From Gemmataceae bacterium (GTDB taxonomy: Bacteria > Planctomycetota > Planctomycetia > Gemmatales > Gemmataceae), in contig DAIPWT010000009.1 in the NCBI GenBank assembly GCA_036783645.1, positions 9,118-73,117 on the forward strand: a stretch of DNA of 64,000 nt, read 5' to 3'. The position numbers and the translations under genes are program-made. The notes under the pieces are model-generated. The model was not told where the DNA came from. It ran no database searches and worked only from the letters and a program-made list of their open reading frames with translations. Below, one piece after another: positions 36,957 through 45,012 of the stretch. How positions within the stretch are numbered: position 1 is the first letter of the stretch; every line of letters starts with the position of its first letter.

Positions 36957-37342
36957 TCACAAGGACCGGATGCCGTTTCCCATTGGAACGGTCAGGCACT
37001 GACGTTCCTCAGTCGCATCGCCGTCAAAAAGGAACTGCATCCATCGGTTCCCACGGACGCGCCTGCGTCGCAAGAGCGCCTCCGCTTGTTTTGGCCAATC
37101 GTGGAGCGTGGCCGGATCAAAGTCGGCGCCGTTCGGCCAAACCAGGGTATGCACTTCGGGATCCATTCGTACTTGATGAAACAGGGCGGAATCCCGCAGC
37201 GGGCGCGGTAAAGTTCCCCGGCCAAGACCGGCTCAAAGTCGATACCTTGTTCCGTTTGGTCGTCAAATTGCACGCAAAGGCTGTAAGGCCCCATAATCTG
37301 GAACGACGTCACGCGATAAATCGGATGCCCTGTCATCGTCAT
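36957..37342 (-). pseudogene. DUF2442-family protein with a 1-nt frameshift
   Basis: The N-terminal half (YRVTSFQIMGPYSLCVQFDDQTEQGIDFEPVLAGELYR) and C-terminal half (PLRDSALFHQVRMDPEVHTLVWPNGADFDPATLHDW) are in different frames. The switch is at CGCGCCCGC, about 37195. Confidence 0.6.
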
Positions 37343-37383
37343 GCCTCCAGGGGATAAATCGGCAATGGCGAAGCGATATACGC

Positions 37384-37438
37384 CCGCTAACCCCGGGTGG
37401 CGTAGAGCTTGGCGGGTTGGCGGGCGAGCCGTAAACCC
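37384..37438. repeat. right copy of the direct repeat: displaced relic of the AAA ATPase 3' end
   Basis: CCGCTAACCCCGGGTGGCGTAGAGCTTGGCGGGTTGGCGGGCGAGCCGTAAACCC reads ...PLTPGGVELGGLAGEP* in one frame. Followed by the complementary CCCGCCAACC motif at about 37462. Confidence 0.7.
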
Positions 37439-37522
37439 TTAATGGGAAAGGAAAGATTAGCCCGCCAACCGTCCCGCCAAATCCGAGGTTTGGCGGGCAG
37501 CTGGCGGGACTTTGGCAGGCGG

Positions 37523-39205
37523 TCACGGCAGCAGTTTCACAATCTCCTCGAAGGTTTTGTGAAACTCTTCCGGAGTGTACTCCGCCGTCGCTTTCAAAAC
37601 CTGCGGCAGGAAGTCCTCTATCTCGGCCCGTCGGTGTTCCTTCACTTTGTCCGGGTCTTTTTTATATTCCTCGTCGGCAACGCCTTCACCCGCGTTCGGT
37701 AGCTTCAGGTTTAAGCTCGCGTCGAGCTTGGCAAGCTGCGCCACAATGGCCGCCTGATTCTCCTTCAGACGCATGTCCTCCGCGTCCTTGGAGTCTTCGG
37801 CTGCCCGCCGTAGGTCGTCGTAAATCGCTTCAAAGGCCCATGCGGTCCTGCGGGCCGCGTCATAATCCGGCGTCGCGCCCGCCGCCGGCTTCGCGGCCGA
37901 GTTGGCCAGACGCTTCAACAGTTCCCGCGCCGCCTTTTTGCTAAACGCCGATTCATGGGCCCCGTCGGTTTTCATCGGCGCATTCAGCTTGGGAAGCAAC
38001 TCATCGTCCATCAACGCGACCAGAGCCTGGGCGGTCTTTTTGACCTCGGCGTTATCGCCGAACGGGCGCCGGCCGAAGCTCTGATACAGAGAAGCGACGC
38101 CGTTCTTGAGATCGGCCGCGAACTTCTGATCGCGCTCTTTGTCCATCCCGGCCGCCTGCCAGTTGCACAGGTCCATCACGGCCGCCGACCACGAGCGCGG
38201 CCCCGGCCGGCCCGGCGCGCCGTTGTAGCCGCGCTCCTGGCGCCAACTCGGTTGGTGTAAATCGTGGTGACAGGCGGCGCAGTCGAACAGGGCGAAGTCG
38301 AGAACTTGTTTATCCTTGTCGGCCTGTTCGGCCTTTTGGGCCAACAGGTTGACGGCCTCGCGGAAGGCCGCCGCGCCGCCCGCCACCACCAACTTCGTCT
38401 GCTCCAGTTCCGTCGGATCCCACTGATACTGGGCCTTCTGCATTTCACGGGCTTTTTCGTTCATCAGCTGCCAGTGTCGCGGCAGGCTGTTACAGAAAAC
38501 GGCCGTCTCGAAAGCCGGCAGCGGCGGATGCCCGCCCGCATACATATCGTGCGTCACCAGCCGATGTTTATCCGGGTCGGCGTCGCCGATGTGACACGAC
38601 GCACAGACTTTTGTCCGCTTTACCGGATCCCAAAGGTCGGTCATGCCGAACTTTTCTTGCTTGTAGGTGCGATCCAGTTTGCGCCAGGCCTTGCGTGTTT
38701 CTTCGTCGCTAGTTCCATGCACATCGATCCAATTGTTCCAGGGGCCATGACAGGCGAGACAGCTGACCCCTTTCGCAATCACCTTATCGTCGATCTTCGT
38801 CTTCGCCAGTAGGTTGACGGAAACCATGCTATGGCAACCGAGACAATCCTGATCTTTTTCAGGCGCGACGTCGGAGCCGCGTAGTTTGTTGATGCGCTTA
38901 GCCCGCTCGCCGCCGAGAAGGACGTAAGCGTCCTGGTGCTTGTCGTTTTGTTCCCAAAATGTTCGCTCGTTGCAGCGACACAACGGCTGGAGGTCTGTGC
39001 TTTCCGGCGGGGTGCCGAAAGTGTGGCAGACGTTGCACCGACCGGCGTCTTGAACGCTCGGCCTTAGCGGGACGACGGGGATGCCGCCATTCGCGGGCGG
39101 ATCGTCTTTCGCCTCACCGTGCCCCATTAGGCCCCAAGCCGCGACCGCCGCTACGACGAGGGCGGACGCCAACCGAAGCCGCCGCGCATGAATTATAGAC
39201 ATCAC
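37523..39205 (-). CDS. secreted multihaem c-type cytochrome (five CxxCH)
   Basis: Signal-like N-terminus. CNVCH, CLGCH, CLACH, CASCH, CAACH. Confidence 0.85.
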   Translation of the reverse strand: MMSIIHARRLRLASALVVAAVAAWGLMGHGEAKDDPPANGGIPVVPLRPSVQDAGRCNVCHTFGTPPESTDLQPLCRCNERTFWEQNDKHQDAYVLLGGERAKRINKLRGSDVAPEKDQDCLGCHSMVSVNLLAKTKIDDKVIAKGVSCLACHGPWNNWIDVHGTSDEETRKAWRKLDRTYKQEKFGMTDLWDPVKRTKVCASCHIGDADPDKHRLVTHDMYAGGHPPLPAFETAVFCNSLPRHWQLMNEKAREMQKAQYQWDPTELEQTKLVVAGGAAAFREAVNLLAQKAEQADKDKQVLDFALFDCAACHHDLHQPSWRQERGYNGAPGRPGPRSWSAAVMDLCNWQAAGMDKERDQKFAADLKNGVASLYQSFGRRPFGDNAEVKKTAQALVALMDDELLPKLNAPMKTDGAHESAFSKKAARELLKRLANSAAKPAAGATPDYDAARRTAWAFEAIYDDLRRAAEDSKDAEDMRLKENQAAIVAQLAKLDASLNLKLPNAGEGVADEEYKKDPDKVKEHRRAEIEDFLPQVLKATAEYTPEEFHKTFEEIVKLLP

Positions 39206-39240
39206 ATCGCTCCCAGAGGGTGACGTAGGGTGCGTTCCTA

Positions 39241-39296
39241 CGAACCCGAAGCGCGAGCGAGGCGCTCGACTGCATTCCTCGCTTGCGCTTCGGGTT
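39241..39296. repeat. REP-like palindrome (GAACCCGAAGCGCGAGCGAGG arms)
   Basis: Inverted repeat between the two cytochrome genes. Confidence 0.75.
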
Positions 39297-39313
39297 AGTA
39301 GATCGGTGTACTA

Positions 39314-40726
39314 CTAGCGATTTTTCAGTCGATTGTCGATATCCCGCAAGACATTGACGATGGCCTCCGGGTCGTAGCGCGGCGGCGTGTCCCACTGCGG
39401 CGGCAGACGCAGCAGACCCTCCAGCCCGCGCACCGCACCGCCCAGCCGCGGATCGGGATCAACGGCGTTCAGCGACCGATAATGGGCGGAAAGCGCCAGC
39501 GCAAGCTGGCGGGCGTCGTCCCAACCGCCCTTGGCGATCTTCTCTCCCTCCGGGCCCGACAGCAGTTCCAACCGTTCGCGCAGTGCATCAGGGCCGAAGT
39601 CCGTTTCCGGACGCGACCGCCTCAGCCATTCGTCGTATTCCTTGACGAGCGACTTAGCCATTTGTGAAACTTGGTGCGAATCCGGACTTCGACCTTCCAT
39701 TGTTTGACGCAATTCGTTGAGCGTCGCCAGCGACGGATGCTCGGGCAGCAACGTCGTCAGGTCCACGAACGGCGACCACGCGGGCGAACCGGCCTTATGG
39801 CCCAGGGCCGGCGGACGTTGCTGTTTCAGGTCGTGGTGACACGACGAGCAGGCGTACTCGGCGAACTCCGGCCACGGCTTATGTTCACGGTCATTCGCCA
39901 CTTCTTCGGCGCGCGTGTCCAGAAGGTGCAGCGCGGCCCGCGCCGAAATAGCCTGGCCGACGGCCCACGATTCCGCCTCGTAGGCGGGGTGGCGCCGGCG
40001 GTCGTCCGCTTCGGACCAGTGTTGATACGGACGATAGCGCTCTAAAAAGGAGCTGTACTCCCATTGCAGCGGCGGATGGCCGGCGGCGTACAGATCGTGG
40101 TTCACGTCGGCGCGGTCGCCGCCGACGTGGCAGTCCATGCAAGTTTTCGCCCTTACGGCGAGGTCTTTCGTGTTGGTGAAACCATCATTCTTCTTCTCGC
40201 TCAAACTCTTTTCCTTCCATCCGTATTGCACGTGGGCCGTCAGCCACTTGCCGGCGGCGCCGTGACAGCTTTCGCAGCCGACGCCGTCGCTGAACCAGAC
40301 CGGCGAGGCGTCCACGACCTTCTCGGCTTCCGGGGCGACGTGACAGCGCAGACAGAGGATATTACAGCTGGCGGAAAGCTGTTTATCGCCAGGCTCGGAG
40401 CGGTTGAGATTTTGCTGAATGCGCACGGAGCGCTCGTCGAACAGGATTTGATACGCCTTGTTATGAGGGTCTTTGCCGATCCATTTGGCATATTCGCGGC
40501 CTTTGAAATTGCCTTCGCCGGCCTGGTTATGGCAGGCCGACGAGGTACACGAACTAACGCCGCGCCAGTCGGAAAAGCCGGCGTCATCGGCGGACGCGGC
40601 GCGGCGCGCCACCACAGCGGCAGGCGCGGGGTTAAACAGCATGGGCGCGAGGCCGACGGCCGAAAGGCCGACGGCCGCGACGGTCCAACGGCCGAGGCTG
40701 CGAATGTTCACGGGGACGCACCTCAT
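39314..40726 (-). CDS. secreted multihaem c-type cytochrome, paralogue of 37523-39205
   Basis: Start at ATG 40724-40726 (MRCVPVNIRSLGRWTVAAVGLSAVGLA). CLRCH, CESCH, CMDCH, CSSCH plus an N-terminal CTSSACH (CX4CH-like). Confidence 0.8.
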   Translation of the reverse strand: MRCVPVNIRSLGRWTVAAVGLSAVGLAPMLFNPAPAAVVARRAASADDAGFSDWRGVSSCTSSACHNQAGEGNFKGREYAKWIGKDPHNKAYQILFDERSVRIQQNLNRSEPGDKQLSASCNILCLRCHVAPEAEKVVDASPVWFSDGVGCESCHGAAGKWLTAHVQYGWKEKSLSEKKNDGFTNTKDLAVRAKTCMDCHVGGDRADVNHDLYAAGHPPLQWEYSSFLERYRPYQHWSEADDRRRHPAYEAESWAVGQAISARAALHLLDTRAEEVANDREHKPWPEFAEYACSSCHHDLKQQRPPALGHKAGSPAWSPFVDLTTLLPEHPSLATLNELRQTMEGRSPDSHQVSQMAKSLVKEYDEWLRRSRPETDFGPDALRERLELLSGPEGEKIAKGGWDDARQLALALSAHYRSLNAVDPDPRLGGAVRGLEGLLRLPPQWDTPPRYDPEAIVNVLRDIDNRLKNR

Positions 40727-40808
40727 CAAGCGAGAATAGAACAAGCAAAAGATGGCGTCCTGCAACGATTGGCTATGTGCACTGAACCTAGCACCTGAAT
40801 CTGTACGT

Positions 40809-40919
40809 CCCGCGTTCAAACGCGGGCCTACAAGCCGAAGCCCCGTGGACGGGGCTGAGAAGTGTTTTTCAGCCCGGTTTACGGGGCTTCGGCTTGTAGA
40901 CCCGCCGTTGACGGCGGGG
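40809..40919. repeat. cluster of three GC-rich hairpins
   Basis: CCCGCGTTCAAACGCGGG; CTACAAGCCGAAGCCCCGT...ACGGGGCTTCGGCTTGTAG; CCCGCCGTTGACGGCGGGG. Confidence 0.75.
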
Positions 40920-40982
40920 CGGACAGATCCAGGCGCCGGAATCTTTTGCGCACTCCAGCTTCTTCCGTGAACGGGCGAACGA

Positions 40983-41443
40983 TTAACGTCCCGCCCCCGA
41001 CAGCACGAACGCGGCCCAGTCCTTGACGGCCGCCGCCCGCTTCGGCGTTTCCTTCGCATCCACCGGCGCCTTCGTTACCGTCTGCACCGTCTCGTCCCAA
41101 TCCACCGCGCCGCGACCACGCGCCAGCGCCGGCACGCCCTGCGGATTGCGGTACAGCTCTAGCTGCGCGTGATGCAACGCCTCCAACGGCGGTTCGCCCT
41201 TCTCCCACAGGTGATAGTACAACAGATTCATCAGCGCGGCGGTCGCCTCGTCGTCTACTTTCCAAAGACTGGCCACGACGTTCTTGGCGCCACCGATATG
41301 AAAGGCGCGTTGCAATCCAAAAACGCCCTTGCCGGCCGCCGACTCGCCCAATCCCGTCTGGCAGGCCGACAGCACGGCCAGGTCCATGCCGTCCAAATCC
41401 AGCCCGGCCACCGCTTCGCCGGTGAGGACGCCGCTGTCGGCGC
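40983..41443 (-). pseudogene. CHAT-domain protease 3' fragment, copy A
   Basis: Encodes ...LSACQTGLGE...FHIGGAKNVVASLWKVDDEATAALM...AAFVLSGAGR. Homology to the full copy stops at about 41443, where an in-frame stop occurs. Confidence 0.7.
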
Positions 41444-41500
41444 GCTATACGGGCCATTGGGTTAGATGTACACGGTATCCACGCCCTTGCCCAGAGCCGG

Positions 41501-42556
41501 CTAGCTGGATTTCCCACCTCGGAAAGCCGTGACGCCTGCCCGGTCAACTTCATCGACCGGTTCGGCTCTTGCCCAGGGAACACTGCCCAGTAATCCCACG
41601 GCCGGTTCCTTGTACGCCTCGTCCAAGGTTGTTGGATCAATGCTCCAAAGGAGGGCGAGTTGCATCACACAACTCTCGTTTGGAAGCGGTAGATCCTTGC
41701 GCGCCCCGCTATCGCTCTGCTTGACCTCCGAAAGCGGCCCTTTCATGAAATGGACGCCGCCGTCGGGCTCTTCCTTCGACCCATGCTTTGGCGATTCGCA
41801 TATGGAACTCGGGTTGAAGAAATGGAAGCCGAGGTCGCGCTCTTCCTTCGTTTGCGCGCCTTCATCCCAGAGGGTAAGGCCCTTCTGACCAAGCCAGCCG
41901 TAGCCCCGGACCAGCCGCCCCTGCCGCGCCCGCGCCCAGACGTGCAGCTCGAGGTCCCGCTGCGTGCAGAAGTACTGGGCGTCCCCGAACTGGCGGCTCA
42001 GCCGCTCCAGCAGCGGTTTGACGAATACCTCAACCCGGTCAGGCGGGAATAGCGCGGTGCTGACTGCCAGGGTCCAGTCCCCCAGGGGCGGCGTGACGAA
42101 GACGGACGATTGGTATGCCGCCTTCACTCCCTCCGCCCAGGTTGCGTCCCGTGCTCCCCGTAGGACAAGAGCCTTCGCCACCGCCTCGGTATCGGTGTTC
42201 TCCACCGCCAGCCACGCCACCCGAGGACCGAATGGCAGCGGCCGGTCGGGATTCTCGACCGGCCTGGTTCTGTAGTATGGAATGATCCGGTGACCGGTCA
42301 GCAGGCTGACAAGGACGCCCAGAGCTAGTTCTTCGGGTACATAATAGTAGGGGGGCGGCGCCGGCTCCTCCTCGGCGATTTGGGGTTCCTCGGCGCGTCC
42401 GGCCAGGCGGTCCTTGAAGACTTCGCCGGCTGCCGCAATCGCTTCCAGGGACCAGCGCTCCGGATCGTTGGCCTGCATAATCTCCTGAAGTTGAGCCGAC
42501 GACTTACGGGCGAAGTGCGTCTTGATGTTGTCGATGAGGTCACGGTCCTGGCTCAT
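41501..42556 (-). CDS. 351-aa hypothetical protein lying between two CHAT 3' fragments
   Basis: Start at ATG 42554-42556 (MSQDRDLIDNIK). No motif recognised. Confidence 0.5.
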   Translation of the reverse strand: MSQDRDLIDNIKTHFARKSSAQLQEIMQANDPERWSLEAIAAAGEVFKDRLAGRAEEPQIAEEEPAPPPYYYVPEELALGVLVSLLTGHRIIPYYRTRPVENPDRPLPFGPRVAWLAVENTDTEAVAKALVLRGARDATWAEGVKAAYQSSVFVTPPLGDWTLAVSTALFPPDRVEVFVKPLLERLSRQFGDAQYFCTQRDLELHVWARARQGRLVRGYGWLGQKGLTLWDEGAQTKEERDLGFHFFNPSSICESPKHGSKEEPDGGVHFMKGPLSEVKQSDSGARKDLPLPNESCVMQLALLWSIDPTTLDEAYKEPAVGLLGSVPWARAEPVDEVDRAGVTAFRGGKSS

Positions 42557-42639
42557 ACATCCTCTCCGGCGAGTCATGGCCGAACAATGATTAGACGGCG
42601 AAGCACCCGCCAACGCAGCGAGATTTTGCCGCCTATCGT

Positions 42640-42736
42640 GAGAACCCCGGTTCTCACGCTTGCACCCTCGTTCCCATACCCTCGTTACCCTCGTTCCCAA
42701 ACAGGAGTTTGGGAACGAGAGAACGAGAGAACCGAG
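42640..42736. repeat. hairpins with short tandem units (CCTCGTT / GAACGAGA)
   Basis: GAGAACCCCGGTTCTC, then ...CCTCGTTACCCTCGTTCCCAAAC AGGAG TTTGGGAACGAGAGAACGAGAGAACCGAG. Confidence 0.75.
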
Positions 42737-42751
42737 ATGCTACTAGACCAT

Positions 42752-43110
42752 TCAACGTCCCGCCCCCGACAGCACAAACGCGGCCCAATCCTTGACGGCC
42801 GCAGCACGCTTCGGCGTCTCCTTCGCGTCAACCGGCGCCTTCGTTACCGTCTGCACTGTCTCGTCCCAGTCCACGGCGCCGCGGCCGCGCGCCAACGCCG
42901 GTACGTCCTGCGGATTGCGATACAACTCGAGCTGGGCGTGATGCAGCGCCTCCAACGGCGGTTCACCCTTCTCCCACAGGTGATAGTACAGCAGATTCAT
43001 CAGCGCGGACGTCGCCTCGTCGTCCACCTTCCACAGGCTGGCCACGACGTTCTTGGCGCCACCGATAGGAATGGCGCGTTGCAAACCAAAAACACCCTCG
43101 CCGGTTGCGC
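42752..43110 (-). pseudogene. CHAT-domain protease 3' fragment, copy B
   Basis: Encodes ...GGAKNVVASLWKVDDEATSALM...AAFVLSGAGR. Homology is lost at about 43110, next to the ECF sigma gene start. Confidence 0.7.
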
Positions 43111-43157
43111 TTCGCCCTCGGCGAACGTCCTCATTGTAGAAACCGCGAGGGCGGCGC

Positions 43158-43658
43158 GTGGATTCCACGGCAGGCTTGCTTCATTTGCTCCAAACCGACG
43201 GCCGGCGGTTGCACCGCTTGCTGACCCGGCTGACGCTCCGCGCCGATGCGGCCGACGACTTGTTGCAGGAACTGTTCCTACGGCTGCGTTCGTCCGCCGG
43301 CTTCCGCAACGCGACCGACCCTGCCGCGTTTGCCGTCCGCACCGCGGTCAACCTGGCGTTCGATTGGCGCCGCAAACGGCGCCGCCGCCGCGAAGTGGGG
43401 GAGGTTCCCGACCAAGCTACAAGGCTTGATCCGCTAGCGAAGCTGGTGGAGCGCGAGGAACTCGATCAGGTCTTGATTGCCTTGACCGAATTGCCCGAAA
43501 GTGTGCGGCTGTGCCTCGTGCTGCGCCACCTGGAGCAGCTCGACGCCAATGAAGTCGCCCAGCTGCTGGGCAGAACGGCGCATCAGGTTCGCGCCTTGTG
43601 CGCCAAGGGCGTCGCCCGGTTGCGGCGTCGCCTGGGCGAGGAGATTCCCAATGGATGA
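43158..43658 (+). CDS. ECF-type RNA polymerase sigma factor
   Basis: Region 2 DDLLQELFLRL...AVNLAFDWRR and region 4 LPESVRLCLVLRHLEQLDANEVAQLLGRTAHQVRALCAKG. Confidence 0.85.
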   Translation: MDSTAGLLHLLQTDGRRLHRLLTRLTLRADAADDLLQELFLRLRSSAGFRNATDPAAFAVRTAVNLAFDWRRKRRRRREVGEVPDQATRLDPLAKLVEREELDQVLIALTELPESVRLCLVLRHLEQLDANEVAQLLGRTAHQVRALCAKGVARLRRRLGEEIPNG

Positions 43659-44877
43659 ATCCGAAGTTCTGCGCCGGCTGAAGGCGTTGGCCGACGCGCC
43701 GCCGTCCGATCCGCAAACCGCCTTGAATCGGACGCGAGCCGCCCTACTTGCCGACCTGAAACCACCGCCTTCTTTTTGGAGTGTGCCCACCATGACCCGC
43801 TATGCCGCTCTGGTCGCCGTCGCCGCCGTGGTACTGCTGGCCCTCTGGCTGGCCAGTCCGTTCGGCGGCGGCAACCTTGCCTTTGCCGACGTGCAAAAAA
43901 AAGTCGAACAGACCAAGTCACTGACTATCACCTTTACCCAGGAGGGTTCGGATGGCAAACCGCAAACCGGAACCGCGTATGCGTTGAGTGACGGCCGGCT
44001 GCGGATGGAAGACGCAGACGGCAGCTACAACGTCATCGACCCGCGGCGCGAGCAGTCGCTGGCCGTCGATCCGGCCAAGAAAAAAGCGTTGCTTATAAAG
44101 GGCTATTACAACCGCGTGCCGACCGATGTGTATGAGATTTTGCGGAACATTCGCAAAAGTGAAGTGAAGAAGCTGCCGGGGGAACAACTGAACGGTCAGA
44201 CGACCGAAGTGTTTCTCGGCAAAGCGTCGTTTGGCGAGATCGAGCAGGAGATAAAAGTGTGGGTCGAGCCGAAGTCGCAACTACCGGTTCGGCTCGAAGT
44301 CGTGGACAAAGACGACGCCCATGCGGGACGCAAGATGACGATGGACTTGAAGTTCGACCAGCCTTTCGACAAGAAGTTGTTTTCGACGGAGGCGCCGGCG
44401 GGTTTCACGTTGCGAACCGAAGGCGTCGAGACCGCGCCGGCCCATCGCGTTGAGGACGCGGCGGGGTCCGCCCCTGAGGTGAAGCCGAAAGTGGGGCTGG
44501 GCCAGGTCAAGTTCGGCATGACGAAAGAACAGGTCATCAAGGAGCTAGGGGAGCCCGACAAAATCGATCAGAAGGGCATGGCATTGGATTACTTGTCCCG
44601 GGGCTATTCCGTCCTCGTTAGCCCGCGACGCGGGGTGATGATGATTACCTGCTATACGCAGGCGACCTTCGTCGTGAAGGTTGCGGACTTCGCGGGCAAG
44701 ACGAAGGAGGGCATCGGCATGGGCGCGAAGTCCGCCGACATCGTCAAAGCGTACGGCGAGTCGGACGCGACGGAAAAAGAGGAGCAAATGACGCGGTTGA
44801 GCTACCGAAAGCTGGGGCTGGAGTTCACGCTGGCGAACGACAAGCTGGTGGAGTTTTCGCTGTCGGCGGTTCCGTGA
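43651..44877 (+). CDS. anti-sigma-like membrane protein with an extracytoplasmic LolA-like domain
   Basis: ATG 43651 overlaps the sigma stop. Short cytoplasmic N-terminus, TM YAALVAVAAVVLLALWLA, large beta-rich ectodomain. Confidence 0.6.
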   Translation: MDESEVLRRLKALADAPPSDPQTALNRTRAALLADLKPPPSFWSVPTMTRYAALVAVAAVVLLALWLASPFGGGNLAFADVQKKVEQTKSLTITFTQEGSDGKPQTGTAYALSDGRLRMEDADGSYNVIDPRREQSLAVDPAKKKALLIKGYYNRVPTDVYEILRNIRKSEVKKLPGEQLNGQTTEVFLGKASFGEIEQEIKVWVEPKSQLPVRLEVVDKDDAHAGRKMTMDLKFDQPFDKKLFSTEAPAGFTLRTEGVETAPAHRVEDAAGSAPEVKPKVGLGQVKFGMTKEQVIKELGEPDKIDQKGMALDYLSRGYSVLVSPRRGVMMITCYTQATFVVKVADFAGKTKEGIGMGAKSADIVKAYGESDATEKEEQMTRLSYRKLGLEFTLANDKLVEFSLSAVP

Positions 44878-44935
44878 AGGGGAATAGACCACGGATAAAC
44901 GCGGATGCAACGAACCCGACCATCCCGCCGGTCTT

Positions 44936-44997
44936 TACAAGCCTGAAGCGCGAGCGAAGGTTTCCACCCCATCCTTCGCTCGCGCTTCAGGCTTGTA
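44936..44997. repeat. REP-like palindrome, TACAAGCCTGAAGCGCGAGCGAAGG family
   Basis: TACAAGCCTGAAGCGCGAGCGAAGG...CCTTCGCTCGCGCTTCAGGCTTGTA. Confidence 0.8.
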
Positions 44998-45012
44998 TAG
45001 CATGAGAAGCTA

